Positions 38,599-49,080 are shown, counted from the first letter of the stretch. The stretch is 64,000 nt of DNA from an uncultured Candidatus Saccharibacteria bacterium (GCA_964626705.1 CAZVGL010000001.1:4441-68440), one strand, 5' to 3'. Translations and numbers: made by a program. The notes: generated by a model not told the origin, from the letters alone.

Positions 38599-40077
38599 AT
38601 GCCAAAGACTGACAAATTTAACATACCAAAAGAGGTTTCACATGTAACAGGGAAGCTTGAAAACGCTGGTTTTGAGGCGTATATTGTTGGCGGTTGTGTC
38701 AGAGACTTGCTTATAGGTAGGGCGCCTAAGGATTGGGATGTAACAACAAGTGCGAAACCGGAAGACATAGAGAAGCTGTTTGAAAATACTTATTATAACA
38801 ACGACTACGGTACAGTTGGTGTAGTTAATGAAGACGTTTCAGATGAAACACTTAAAGTTGTAGAAGTTACGCCATACAGACTAGAGTCAGAATACTCAGA
38901 TGCCAGAAGACCAGACTCTGTAGAGTTTAGTGATTCTATCGAAGATGACCTTAAGAGACGTGACTTTACTATAAATGCGATCGCATACAGTGAAGGTAAG
39001 GGACAAATTATTGATTTGTATGAAGGTCAAAAGGACATAGAAAAGAAGATAGTCCGAGCAGTGGGGGACCCAAACGTGCGTTTTAATGAAGACGCTCTTA
39101 GAATATTACGTGCAATACGTATTTCAGCAGAATTAGGCTTTGAAATAGAAGAAAAAACTAAAGAAGCTATAAAAAAAGACGCTAAAATGCTTGAAAAGAT
39201 AGCAAAAGAGCGTATTAAAGATGAGTTTGTAAGGATTATTATGTCAGACAGACCTATGGAAAGTCTAGAATTAGCTCATGAAATGGCGGTTCTACAGTTT
39301 GTTGTGCCTGAGCTTGAGGAGGGAATTGGTGTTAATCAGAACCAAGCACATTCTTTTACTGTGTGGGAGCATAATCTAAGGGCGGTTAAGCATTCTGCAG
39401 AAAAAAAATATCCATTTGAGATAAGGTTGTCAGCACTTTTTCATGATATAGCAAAACCAGCAACAGCAAGGTGGTCTGACGAAAAGAAAGACTGGACGTT
39501 TCATGGACATGATGTAGTTGGTGGTAGGATGACAAAAAAAATATTAGAAAGATTGAAGTTTCCAAAGAAACAGATAGATAAAATAACAAAATTAGTACGT
39601 TGGCATTTGTTTTTCTCTGATACTGATCAGATAACACTCTCTGCTGTACGTAGAATGGTGAGAAACGTAGGGGAAGAGAATATATGGCACCTTATGGATG
39701 TAAGAGAGAGCGACAGGATAGGTATGGGTAGACCAAAGGCAAATCCATATAGACTTAGAAAGTATAAATCTATGATAGAAGAAGCTTTGAGAGCTCCAGT
39801 ATCTGTAAAGATGCTTAAGATTGACGGCGCTAGGATTATGGAGGTTACACATGAAACACCAGGACCTAAAATAGGCTTCATACTACATGCTTTATTGGAA
39901 GAAGTGCTTGATGATCCAAAGTTAAATACAGAGGAATATCTCGAAGAAACAGCTAAAAGCCTTATTAAATTAAGTGAAACAGAGCTTAAAAAGCTTGGTG
40001 AAAAGGGGAGAGACAAGAAGGAGGAGGTAGAAGAGAAAGAGATAGAGGGATTAAGAGGAAAACACTGGGTCAAATAA
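38599..40077 (+). CDS. cca: CCA tRNA nucleotidyltransferase with HD domain
   Basis: VGGCVRD, KDWDV, DLKRRDFTINA, EDALRILRA, FHDIAKP. Confidence 0.93.
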   Translation: MPKTDKFNIPKEVSHVTGKLENAGFEAYIVGGCVRDLLIGRAPKDWDVTTSAKPEDIEKLFENTYYNNDYGTVGVVNEDVSDETLKVVEVTPYRLESEYSDARRPDSVEFSDSIEDDLKRRDFTINAIAYSEGKGQIIDLYEGQKDIEKKIVRAVGDPNVRFNEDALRILRAIRISAELGFEIEEKTKEAIKKDAKMLEKIAKERIKDEFVRIIMSDRPMESLELAHEMAVLQFVVPELEEGIGVNQNQAHSFTVWEHNLRAVKHSAEKKYPFEIRLSALFHDIAKPATARWSDEKKDWTFHGHDVVGGRMTKKILERLKFPKKQIDKITKLVRWHLFFSDTDQITLSAVRRMVRNVGEENIWHLMDVRESDRIGMGRPKANPYRLRKYKSMIEEALRAPVSVKMLKIDGARIMEVTHETPGPKIGFILHALLEEVLDDPKLNTEEYLEETAKSLIKLSETELKKLGEKGRDKKEEVEEKEIEGLRGKHWVK

Positions 40078-40440
40078 AAAAAACACCTACATAGTGCCAT
40101 TAAACGTTAATGATACTGTGCAGATGTTTGATGTGGAGTATGACTTAAGAGAAGCCATAATGGATGTGTTGTGACTCTCGGGGAAAAGTCACGGATGTGG
40201 AAAGGAAAGTCGGTTTGTAATTCGTATTTACTATGTATGTATACATATCTTTTTTTACAAGAAAAGTTAAAAGATTGTGGATATATATACCACATACTTA
40301 AATGAATCCAAACTATTTAATTACGTGAAGGTACTGTAGGTCTGATTTAAGAATACCATCCCTAAGAGACATGTAAAGGACATACCTGTGGATAACTTCT
40401 AGAACAGTCTTTTAGGAAACATTTTTAATACAAAATATGT

Positions 40441-41208
40441 CTAAGAGAGTCTTATACCAGTGGGTGCATGGTCAGAGCCAAATATGTCCGTAAGGATAAA
40501 AGCGTCTTTTAGGTTTTTCTGTAGGTCAGAGCTTATGAAAAAGTAGTCGAGTCTCCAACCTACATTTCTGTCTCTTGACCTTGTTTTCATATCCCAATAG
40601 CTATATGCATCTTTCTTGTTTGGGTTAAGGTGTCTAAAGGTGTCTATATATCCGTGACGCACCACCTCGTCTATCCATTCGCGCTCTATAGGTAGAAAGC
40701 CAGTATTATCTCTATTTGCTTTTGGGCGTGCAAGATCTATTTCTGCATGTGCAGTATTTATATCACCGCAGAAGATAACTTTATGTCCGCTCTTATTTAT
40801 CTTCTCTATATATTCAAGAAAAGCATCATAAAACTCTAGTTTATACTTTAGTCTTTCATGTCCTTGGCCACCGTTAGGGAAGTAACCAGTCATAAGTACA
40901 AAATCTTTGAAGTATAAAGTTAAAAGTCTCCCTTCTTGATCAAGTTCTTCAATACCCATGCCGTACCGCACCTTTTCTGGTTTTACTTTGCTGTATATAG
41001 CCACACCACTGTATCCTTTTCTGGTTTTAGAGTAATCAAAGTATGAGAAATAACCTTTAATTTCACGAAGTTCGTCTGAGAGTTGGTCTGGATGAGCTTT
41101 TGTTTCTTGTAAGCAAAAAATATTCGGATTCTCTTTTAGGAAATCCTGCCAACCGTCTTTTTTAGACATTGCGCGTATTCCATTCACATTCCAAGATAGT
41201 ATTTTCAT
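40441..41208 (-). CDS. xth: Exodeoxyribonuclease III
   Basis: SWNVNGIRA, LQETK, GDINTAH, GWRLDY, GSDHAP. Confidence 0.97.
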   Translation of the reverse strand: MKILSWNVNGIRAMSKKDGWQDFLKENPNIFCLQETKAHPDQLSDELREIKGYFSYFDYSKTRKGYSGVAIYSKVKPEKVRYGMGIEELDQEGRLLTLYFKDFVLMTGYFPNGGQGHERLKYKLEFYDAFLEYIEKINKSGHKVIFCGDINTAHAEIDLARPKANRDNTGFLPIEREWIDEVVRHGYIDTFRHLNPNKKDAYSYWDMKTRSRDRNVGWRLDYFFISSDLQKNLKDAFILTDIFGSDHAPTGIRLS

Positions 41209-41223
41209 GTTTTTATTGTAGCA

Positions 41224-42153
41224 TTATTTCTTACGGCCTTTTCCGTGGAAGGTTTTGTGTATATCACGTAAATGTTTGTCGGTAACGTGTGTATAGACTT
41301 GTGTGGTTGCTATGTTGGCATGTCCTAAAAGAGCTTGCACAGAGCGCAGATCTGCGCCGTTTTGTAGAAGGTCAGTTGCAAAGCTATGACGTACTATATG
41401 CGGTGTAACTTTCTTAGAGATACCAGCTTTTATAGCATAGTGTTTTACTATCCTTTCTACTGAGCGGGGAGAGAGACGTAAAGATTTAGAATTTGCTGTG
41501 TTTTTGCCAAGCTGTGCGAACATTGCATCATCCATGTCTTTTCTTTCTTTTAAATATGTTTTTATTGCACCTTTTGCATCGTCAGAAAGAAACACTACAC
41601 GCACTTTTTCGCCTTTACCACGTACTGAGAATTCATCCCTCTTTAGGTCGATGTCATTATTAAGTGAACAAAGCTCTGATACACGAAGTCCTGTAGAAAA
41701 TAGAAGTTCAAGCATGGCTTTGTCTCTGAGGCTCTTTAAATCACTGCCATTTGGTGCGGATAACAGTCTTTCAAGATCATCTGCAGATATAAGGTCAAGG
41801 TCACGCTCTGCAACTTTGGCTAATTCTATACGCTCGGGGGATAGGGAGTCTATTTCGCGTCGGCGTAAGAATTTAAGAAAGGCACGTAAGGCTATAAGAT
41901 AGTAGTTTTGAGTCTTCTTTTTTAAAGTATCTGCTATACCCTCTGTTATAACGCCACTTTCTTGGCGATTAAGCCAAAGACGGAACTTGCGCACTACTTC
42001 ATCTGTAATACCAGAAGGTTTCTTTATTTTAGTGAAATCAATAAAACGAGAGAGGTATCTGTCATAGTTGCTTATAGTCTTTAAGCTCCTACCTTTCTCT
42101 ATCTCAAGGTATTCAAGAAACTCTCGCTTTAATTGTTCCATATTTTGCGACAT
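41224..42153 (-). CDS. xerC: Xer-type tyrosine recombinase
   Basis: TGLRVSEL, RGKGEK, TPHIVRHSFAT, LLGHANIATTQVYTH. Confidence 0.9.
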   Translation of the reverse strand: MSQNMEQLKREFLEYLEIEKGRSLKTISNYDRYLSRFIDFTKIKKPSGITDEVVRKFRLWLNRQESGVITEGIADTLKKKTQNYYLIALRAFLKFLRRREIDSLSPERIELAKVAERDLDLISADDLERLLSAPNGSDLKSLRDKAMLELLFSTGLRVSELCSLNNDIDLKRDEFSVRGKGEKVRVVFLSDDAKGAIKTYLKERKDMDDAMFAQLGKNTANSKSLRLSPRSVERIVKHYAIKAGISKKVTPHIVRHSFATDLLQNGADLRSVQALLGHANIATTQVYTHVTDKHLRDIHKTFHGKGRKK

Positions 42154-42297
42154 TAACTATATTGTAGCAGGGGAGTGAGTTTGGGAAAGGCTTGACAAGT
42201 GGTATTTAATATGGTAGACTGTTTGTAGTAATTCAATACATATTTATAGACGTATAAAGTCTTTTACTTCGTTTTTTAAAAAGAAAGAGGGGTTGTC

Positions 42298-42591
42298 ATG
42301 GATAAAGGTTTTCAGAACGCTTTAACAAGAATAAAAGAGGATGATATAAAGATTGAAGCAGTATATGAGCTTTTTTCTAAAATCACTTCAATGGAATTTG
42401 AAGAGATTGTAGCTGCTAAAAACACCATGGATTTGTTTCTAAAAGTCTCCAAAAATATCGGTGATGAAGAGAAGCAGATAATAAAGTCTGTTTTAGGGGC
42501 GCTTCAAGGTAGGTGCAGAGTCTTATTAAAGACTAATCTAGTTACTAAAGATGTTGTAACTGCTGCATGTGGTTGTTTCTGGGGTATGTAA
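42298..42591 (+). CDS. Hypothetical protein (orphan cassette)
   Basis: TTGACA-17-TAGACT at 42192-42220; GAGGGG SD; terminator at about 42616-42656. Confidence 0.55.
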   Translation: MDKGFQNALTRIKEDDIKIEAVYELFSKITSMEFEEIVAAKNTMDLFLKVSKNIGDEEKQIIKSVLGALQGRCRVLLKTNLVTKDVVTAACGCFWGM

Positions 42592-42760
42592 GTATGAGTA
42601 AATTAATCTAATATAAACCAGTCTAGTAGTGTTATTTACACGAACGGCTGGTTTTTCTTTTTTGAAACTTTATTTTTTTGTTAGCTCTGCTTCGTAGTCT
42701 TTTTCTGCATAAAATCAAATTTTCGCTTTGTAGCCGCTCACACTTGTGAGGGATGCAGAC

Positions 42761-42890
42761 AAAGGTCTTTCTTCGGCGAAACGAAGTGGAGCGGAGGAGA
42801 GTCCTTGTGTCAAATTCCGTATTTACTCCACCAAGGTCTCACCTTTCCCGTCGCTGTCACTCCTCCTCAAGGAAAGACCTTTTTCCGCGA
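42761..42890. repeat. Two divergent family 1 elements upstream of rpsO
   Basis: AAAGGTCTTTCTTCG...GGAGGAGAGTCCTTG (minus copy) and CCAAGGTCTCACCT...AGGAAAGACCTTTTTCCGCG (plus copy). Confidence 0.8.
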
Positions 42891-42932
42891 ATACTTGCAA
42901 AAAGTGTAGTTTTCTGCTATTATATACAGGTT

Positions 42933-43199
42933 ATGCTTACGAAGAAAAAGAAAGAAAAAACAATAAAAGAGACGCAAGTTCATGATAAAGACACAGGATC
43001 TCCTGAAGTGCAGGTTTCTATCCTTACAAAACGGATCACTGAACTTACAAAACACCTCAAAAAAAACAACAAAGACAAGCACCCACGCCGAGGGCTTTTA
43101 GGTATGGTTGCTGCTCGTAGGACACATCTAAAGTATTTAGAGAAAAAGGATAAAAAGCGATACAGTGCTGTTATCAAAAAACTTGGTTTGAAGAAATAG
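42933..43199 (+). CDS. rpsO: 30S ribosomal protein S15
   Basis: [25 protein letters not shown]; start ATG 42933. Confidence 0.97.
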   Translation: MLTKKKKEKTIKETQVHDKDTGSPEVQVSILTKRITELTKHLKKNNKDKHPRRGLLGMVAARRTHLKYLEKKDKKRYSAVIKKLGLKK

Positions 43200-43269
43200 T
43201 CGCTCCTTTCTCGCGACTTGCTCTTTGGCTATTTTTCAATAATAATTAAGTATGACGGTGAGTATTTTT

Positions 43270-43323
43270 CGCTCCTTAAGGTCTCACCTCTCTCTACGAG
43301 GCGAGGAAAGACCTTTTCCTGCG
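43270..43323 (+). repeat. REP/MITE-like family 1 element
   Basis: CGCTCCTTAAGGTCTCACCT...CGAGGAAAGACCTTTTCCTGCG. Confidence 0.85.
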
Positions 43324-43360
43324 AAACTACATTTATTTATTTTAATTAAACATTTTTAAT

Positions 43361-43879
43361 ATGTCAGTTATAAAACACAAAAACCAACGCGTTGGGATTT
43401 TCATAGATACACAAAACCTATATCACAGCGCTAAGAATTTATATAAATCAAAAGTAAACTTCGGCAACGTCATTAAGGACGCGCTCGCAGGTCGCGATCT
43501 TATACGTGCAAGTGCATATGTGGTTACTACAGAGTCTGGAGAAGAGTCTAGTTTTTTTGAAGCTATGGGAAAACTCGGTATTGAGATAAAAAGTAAAGAA
43601 CTGCAAGTGTTCTTTGGTGGTGCTAAGAAAGCAGACTGGGATGTAGGTATAGCTATAGATGCAGTTTCTATGGCTGCAAAGCTAGACGCTGTAATACTTG
43701 CAACGGGAGACGGCGACTTCATACCACTTGTTGAATACCTAAAAATGAAAGAAGGTTGTCAGGTAGAAGTTATCTCTTTTGGTAAATCATCTTCAAGTAA
43801 ACTTCGTGAAGCATCAGATGATTTTATAGATATGTGCGACAATCCAAAAAGATACTTAATGGGATATAGAGGACGATAG
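43361..43879 (+). CDS. NYN-domain (LabA/DUF88) protein
   Basis: IFIDTQNL, KKADWDVGIAID, ATGDGDFIPL. Confidence 0.92.
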   Translation: MSVIKHKNQRVGIFIDTQNLYHSAKNLYKSKVNFGNVIKDALAGRDLIRASAYVVTTESGEESSFFEAMGKLGIEIKSKELQVFFGGAKKADWDVGIAIDAVSMAAKLDAVILATGDGDFIPLVEYLKMKEGCQVEVISFGKSSSSKLREASDDFIDMCDNPKRYLMGYRGR

Positions 43880-43931
43880 ATATCAAGTCGATTAAATTGA
43901 AAAATGGTGCGCGTCTGTTAGAATTAGAATA

Positions 43932-45326
43932 ATGGATGAAAAAAATATAAACTCAGAAGAATCTAAAGTTCAATATCAGACACCAGAAGATAATGCACCT
44001 GAGAATCTACCAGGTGTTGAGGTTACTAATGTTGATGAAACAACACAGCTTATCTCTCCGCAGGCTCCTACACCAACACCACCTACGTCCGAGCCAAAAA
44101 TAGAGGCAGAGATAAAAACAGAAACTCCTTCAGATAAAAAAGCTCCAAACTTTTATGAACTATACGAAGATAAAAATGCTTTAGACGCAAAACTTCAAGA
44201 GGATCTACAGAAAGAGATAAATAGTGAAGTAGAAGAGGCCTTTAAGCCAGAAGTAGATCTCGAATCAGATAAAGAGGGCATAGTTACACCACAAAAAGAT
44301 CTCGAAGAAGATGTATATAAAATAGAAGAAAAACCAGAGCCATCTGTAAGTGAGATAAAACCACAAGAAATAAAACCTCTTCCAGATGAAGATAAACAGC
44401 AGAGTAAGGTAGAAGAAACCAAGCTAAAGTCATTGCGTACATATAAAGGAGACCTTGAGAAAGTTATGGGTACAAAATCTGGGTCTTTGGTTGGTATTGC
44501 ATCTGCAGAAAGCAAGAGGCGTTATAGTGGTAAAAAAGCTGCATCGACACCTTATGGTAAAGCAAAAAAGTCTAAAAAAGGATTTGGAAAAAAAGTTGGT
44601 ATCATTATTTTAATAACAATCCTTGTTGTCTTGGGCATAGGGTCAATGTTTTATTTTTATGGAAAAAGTAATCCAGGTATAGTAGAGTCTGGTTTTAAAA
44701 TACAATCAATTATATTTGCAGACGACAATTCAGAATTCAATATAACAGATTTATCAAGAAGGCAGATCTTAAACGAATTAGCTTCGGCCAAAGTTAGTAC
44801 ACAGCTATCTATAGGACGTATTAATAATGTTGTTATAACAAAATCTTTTCTAAATGAGATAGGTGAAGAAAAGAAAACCTTAGCTGGTACGAAGGATTTT
44901 TTAAATGCAATCGACGCACAAGTACCCACGTCGTTTTTGCGCTCTCTTCAAACAAGCTTTATGGTAGGTGTCCACGTGTTTGATGGGAATCAGCCGTTTA
45001 TCATACTCAATACAAGTTTTTACGAGAATGCTTTTGTAGGGATGCTCGAATGGGAGAGGTCTATAAAAGAAGATCTGTCTCCATTTTTTGCAGAAAAAGA
45101 GATTGCTGTAAACACACTTGCACAAGTAGCTACAACAACAGAAATAAAAGTACTTACATTTAATGATTTGGTCTTAAAAAATAAAGACACTAGGGTTTTG
45201 AAAAATAAAAATGGAGATATTGTGCTTATCTATTCATTTATAGATAAGAATACTATCGTTATAACGACAAACGAACACACATTTAGTGAAGTTCTTACAA
45301 GGTATTCTTCTAGATCTGTTCGGTAA
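43932..45326 (+). CDS. Single-pass membrane protein with long acidic Pro-rich N-terminus
   Basis: 464-aa ORF, central TM after a Lys-rich stretch. Confidence 0.7.
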   Translation: MDEKNINSEESKVQYQTPEDNAPENLPGVEVTNVDETTQLISPQAPTPTPPTSEPKIEAEIKTETPSDKKAPNFYELYEDKNALDAKLQEDLQKEINSEVEEAFKPEVDLESDKEGIVTPQKDLEEDVYKIEEKPEPSVSEIKPQEIKPLPDEDKQQSKVEETKLKSLRTYKGDLEKVMGTKSGSLVGIASAESKRRYSGKKAASTPYGKAKKSKKGFGKKVGIIILITILVVLGIGSMFYFYGKSNPGIVESGFKIQSIIFADDNSEFNITDLSRRQILNELASAKVSTQLSIGRINNVVITKSFLNEIGEEKKTLAGTKDFLNAIDAQVPTSFLRSLQTSFMVGVHVFDGNQPFIILNTSFYENAFVGMLEWERSIKEDLSPFFAEKEIAVNTLAQVATTTEIKVLTFNDLVLKNKDTRVLKNKNGDIVLIYSFIDKNTIVITTNEHTFSEVLTRYSSRSVR

Positions 45327-45391
45327 AAAACAGGCTGTGCATCGATCGCTCCACTATTGAGTTAGCCAGAATTTGTTGGTATTATGTATAT

Positions 45392-45763
45392 ATGGAAACA
45401 ATAAATACACAACATTTTAAAGAAAAATTAGAAGAAGAATTAAAAGCCATTACAGAAGATCTGGAAAAAATAGCTAGGATTAACCCTTCAAATCACAATG
45501 ATTGGGAGCCTATTCCTGCAAATCTTGATATACAAGAAGCAGATAAGAATGAGGTTGCAGATAGGATAGAGGCATTTGAGAAAAACACAGCACAGGTTAA
45601 AGATCTTGAAATTAGATACAATGATATTAAGTATGCTCTGAAGAAGGTAGAAGATGACAAATACGGTATTTGTGAGGATACAGGAGAGCAAATACCTGTT
45701 GCGCGTCTTGAAGCAAACCCTGCTGCAAAAACTTGCGCAGAACATTTAGGACCAGAAGAATAA
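45392..45763 (+). CDS. TraR/DksA-family protein
   Basis: ALKKVEDDKYGICEDTGEQIPVARLEANPAAKTC. Confidence 0.88.
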   Translation: METINTQHFKEKLEEELKAITEDLEKIARINPSNHNDWEPIPANLDIQEADKNEVADRIEAFEKNTAQVKDLEIRYNDIKYALKKVEDDKYGICEDTGEQIPVARLEANPAAKTCAEHLGPEE

Positions 45764-45838
45764 TTTAAAAAAACAAAACACCACCGAATTTGTAGAAACG
45801 AATTCGGTGGTGTTTTGTTTTTGCGCTATACTTAATTA

Positions 45839-47386
45839 ATGAGTACAAAAAACTTTGCAAAAGTTTATAGTGCACAGACGACACTTTTGTCTGCGCGGAT
45901 TATAGATATAGAAGTAGATCTTTCAAAAGGGTTACATTCTTTTGCAGTTGTGGGACTCCCTGATAAAGCTGTGGAAGAATCTCGAGACAGGGTTTCTGCT
46001 GCTATAAAAAACTCAGATTTCAAATCGCCGAAAGCTAAGAATCAAAAAGTGGTTATCTCACTTGCTCCAGCTGATCTTAAAAAAGAAGGACCTGTGTTTG
46101 ATTTAGGGATAGCTCTCGCATATCTACTTTCTTGTGATGATATTAAATTTGATCCAGAGGGGAAACTTTTCTTGGGAGAGTTATCTCTCGATGGATATTT
46201 AAGAAAAATAAAAGGTGTGCTGCCGATAGTACTTGAGGCTAAAAAACAAGGTTTCGAAGAAGTTTTTTTGCCAAAAGAAAATGCCGAAGAAGGCGCACTG
46301 ATAGATGGTATTAAGATATATGGTGTTAATAGTCTAAAAGAAGTAATAGAGCACTTAGATGAAAAACAGATAGAAAACAAACTTATAGAACAAGAAAAGA
46401 AAACGGAAGTTAGGGTAGAAAAAGCAGACCATCTTATTGATTTTGGAGATATAAAAGGGCAGGAGAGAGCAAAACGCGGATTAGAAATAGCTGCAGCCGG
46501 TGGGCATAATATAGCCATGTACGGACCACCAGGGACAGGAAAGACAATGCTCGCAAAGGCTTTTTGTCATATACTTCCACCGCTTTGTTTTGACGACGCA
46601 CTTGAGACTACATCTATACATTCTATTGCAGGTACTTTAAATGAGACGCTTATGACTAAGCCTCCATTTAGGACTCCTCACCATACGTCATCACACGTGG
46701 CGATAGTTGGAGGTGGTGCTATACCAAAGCCAGGGGAGATAACACTAGCACATAGGGGCGTACTTTTCTTAGATGAATTCCCAGAGTTTGAACGAAGGGT
46801 TGTAGAAGCGCTTCGTCAGCCACTTGAAGACAGAGTGATAAGTATCTCACGTGCGAAAGGCACAGCACTTTTCCCTGCGAGTTTTATATTAGTAGCAGCG
46901 ATGAATCCGTGCCCATGTGGTAACCACGGAAGTCAGAGAAGGTGCATATGTTCAGCTGTAGCACTTGAGAGATATAAAAGAAAAATATCAGGTCCTATAA
47001 TAGATCGTATAGATATGTGGATCGAAGTTGCAAATATTTCTCACGAAAAGCTTTCAGAAAAGGGAAGTGGGTATAAAGAAAGTGAAGTGAAAAGAAAAAA
47101 CATCTCTCGTGCAAGAGAAATACAGAAACAGAGATTTGATGGAGTAAAAAGAAATATAAAAACAAATAGCGAGATGAATAGTAAAGACTTGTCACAGCTT
47201 GTTGAATTAAAAGAAGATGCACAAAAGAGTTTGAATACTGCTGCACACAATATGGACTTATCTCCACGTGCATATCACAGAGTCATCAAGCTCGCTCGTA
47301 CTATCGCAGACTTAGATGAAAGCGAAGATGTAAAAGAAGGTCATGTATTAGAAGCACTTCAGTATAGACCAAAGCAGGTAGAATAA
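45839..47386 (+). CDS. comM: YifB/ComM Mg-chelatase-like AAA+ ATPase
   Basis: VGLPDKAVEES, GPPGTGKTMLA, LAHRGVLFLDE, AMNPCPCG, ARTIADL. Confidence 0.95.
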   Translation: MSTKNFAKVYSAQTTLLSARIIDIEVDLSKGLHSFAVVGLPDKAVEESRDRVSAAIKNSDFKSPKAKNQKVVISLAPADLKKEGPVFDLGIALAYLLSCDDIKFDPEGKLFLGELSLDGYLRKIKGVLPIVLEAKKQGFEEVFLPKENAEEGALIDGIKIYGVNSLKEVIEHLDEKQIENKLIEQEKKTEVRVEKADHLIDFGDIKGQERAKRGLEIAAAGGHNIAMYGPPGTGKTMLAKAFCHILPPLCFDDALETTSIHSIAGTLNETLMTKPPFRTPHHTSSHVAIVGGGAIPKPGEITLAHRGVLFLDEFPEFERRVVEALRQPLEDRVISISRAKGTALFPASFILVAAMNPCPCGNHGSQRRCICSAVALERYKRKISGPIIDRIDMWIEVANISHEKLSEKGSGYKESEVKRKNISRAREIQKQRFDGVKRNIKTNSEMNSKDLSQLVELKEDAQKSLNTAAHNMDLSPRAYHRVIKLARTIADLDESEDVKEGHVLEALQYRPKQVE

Positions 47387-47461
47387 ATAGAATTTTAAAT
47401 AAAGTTTAAGCCGCATCAAAATGTTAATGATGCGGCTTCTGGTTGGTACTATCAAGGTGTT

Positions 47462-47992
47462 TTAATTAGCTACCGCCATGGACTCAGAAGTAATATTAGA
47501 GTTAGAATAAATACTTGAACTCTCACCACTTTCGTCAACAGAAGTAATGGCAAATTCTTCTTCTATACATATAGAAAATGAGCATTTGTGGCCATCAATG
47601 AGTCCACCAGTTTGCGTGCTAAACCCAATATTGCGCTCAGAAAGTTTTTTCTGTAAGGTGTATGTCTCTTCAAGCTTTTCTACATAAAACTCTTTTCTTG
47701 CACAGCCATTGTCAACTTCAAAATTAGTGCCGATGTTAGATGATGCGAGAATCTCTTGCATCAGTAAGATGTTAGAGGTCGGATGTATAGTAAACACCAC
47801 TCCAACGCCTCCATCTACAATAACTTCGAATGAAGTATCAATCCCAAGTTCTCCAAGAGCTTGGGTAGCCTTTTGTAATTGCCCATAAACCCAAGGGTTT
47901 ATCGTACGATTTTCTGTCTGAGCATATGCTTTAGATCCAAAAACTAAAACAACAATAATTAAAAAACTAAAAAGAACTTTTTTCGTATTCAT
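47462..47992 (-). CDS. Secreted hypothetical protein (orphan cassette)
   Basis: Signal peptide ending KAYA; AGGAGG SD; TTGACA...TATACT at about 48039-48068. Confidence 0.6.
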   Translation of the reverse strand: MNTKKVLFSFLIIVVLVFGSKAYAQTENRTINPWVYGQLQKATQALGELGIDTSFEVIVDGGVGVVFTIHPTSNILLMQEILASSNIGTNFEVDNGCARKEFYVEKLEETYTLQKKLSERNIGFSTQTGGLIDGHKCSFSICIEEEFAITSVDESGESSSIYSNSNITSESMAVAN

Positions 47993-48078
47993 AACAACCT
48001 CCTATAAATGTTGGTATAAAAATAAACTTACACTAGTAAGTATAACATAAGAACTACTATATTGTCAAGTATTAAATA

Positions 48079-49080
48079 TTAAAACGGGTTTTTAGCACCA
48101 CGTATCTCGAAGTGGACATGAGGGCCTGTAGATCGGCCTGTTGAACCGACGTAGCCGATAACCTGACCTTGGACTACATGCTGTCCTGAGTAAACAATGT
48201 TACTTGAGTTGTGAGAATAAAGAGTTTGTGTGCCGTTGCTGTGTTTTATAACAACATACTTTCCGTAACCTCCATTCCATCCAGAACCTCTACTTATTAT
48301 CACATTACCTGAAGCTGATGCGAGAATAGGTGTTCCAACAGGTGCTGCATAGTCGACGGCATTGTATCCATGAAGTCCTTGTGAACGACGTCCGGCAGTG
48401 ATGGGTTTAATATAGTATCCGCTATATGATGGAGCAACTGATCCTTTTACTACATGACCAGCACTTGTGTATGAAGGCGTTGCTATTTCTCCGTCTGGTA
48501 CTACTATTATGTCACCAACAGCAATGGTTGATTCTAAAGTAAGGTCGTTGTATTGAAGTATTTCTTCATAGTCACCGCCGTATTTCTTAGTAATACTTTT
48601 AACAGTCTCACCTTTTACCACAGCGTGTCGTACTCCAGTAATAGGTAGTATCACAAGTGTTTGTCCGGGGGTTATAAATGAACCTCTTTTGATGTCATTT
48701 GCCCAGATAATGGTATTTGTAGATACGTTAAACATCTTTGCGATCTGTGACAGAGAATCTCCTTCGCGTACTACATAGATACTGATCTCGTCAGATGAAG
48801 CTGGTCTTTCTTCTATCTCTGCTAGTGTTCCTGACGGTCCTATTTCAGAAAGTAGAGCCTCATCGTCAACGATAATTATCGCACCACCTCCTTTTGAAGG
48901 GTTGGGGTCTATATTAAGAGCCGCTCTTAGAACGGGTATTGTTTGTGAGTTATATGCGCTAGTGGTAGCTATTTCCACCTTTTTTGATGACGAAAACAGT
49001 CCTGAAACAAAAGAAAATACTCCAGCATGAGCAAGTCCTGGAGTAGACAGAGTTCCTACAATAAGTGCAGAAAATACCAC
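48079..49080 (-). CDS. LysM-containing M23 peptidase
   Basis: Two LysM repeats (YVVREGDSLSQIA), AVDYA, GRSTGPHVHFE; start uncertain. Confidence 0.93.
   Translation of the reverse strand: MVFSALIVGTLSTPGLAHAGVFSFVSGLFSSSKKVEIATTSAYNSQTIPVLRAALNIDPNPSKGGGAIIIVDDEALLSEIGPSGTLAEIEERPASSDEISIYVVREGDSLSQIAKMFNVSTNTIIWANDIKRGSFITPGQTLVILPITGVRHAVVKGETVKSITKKYGGDYEEILQYNDLTLESTIAVGDIIVVPDGEIATPSYTSAGHVVKGSVAPSYSGYYIKPITAGRRSQGLHGYNAVDYAAPVGTPILASASGNVIISRGSGWNGGYGKYVVIKHSNGTQTLYSHNSSNIVYSGQHVVQGQVIGYVGSTGRSTGPHVHFEIRGAKNPF

Larger units (their letters stand above)
37851..39858. promoter_or_regulatory. Cluster of six parS-like 16-mers
   Basis: Matches to TGTTTCACGTGAAACA at 37851, 37875, 38081, 38116 (15/16), 38634 and 39843. 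Confidence 0.8.

Noticed and set aside
41224-42153. Tyrosine recombinase as prophage/island integrase
   Set aside because: Xer-like size and motifs, housekeeping neighbours (xth, rpsO), no att pair or phage genes
42753-42932. N-terminal extension of S15 in the ORF track (likewise 19730 yebC, 30985 clpP, 766 rpsT)
   Set aside because: Extensions run through repeats or promoters; the conserved proteins start at downstream ATGs
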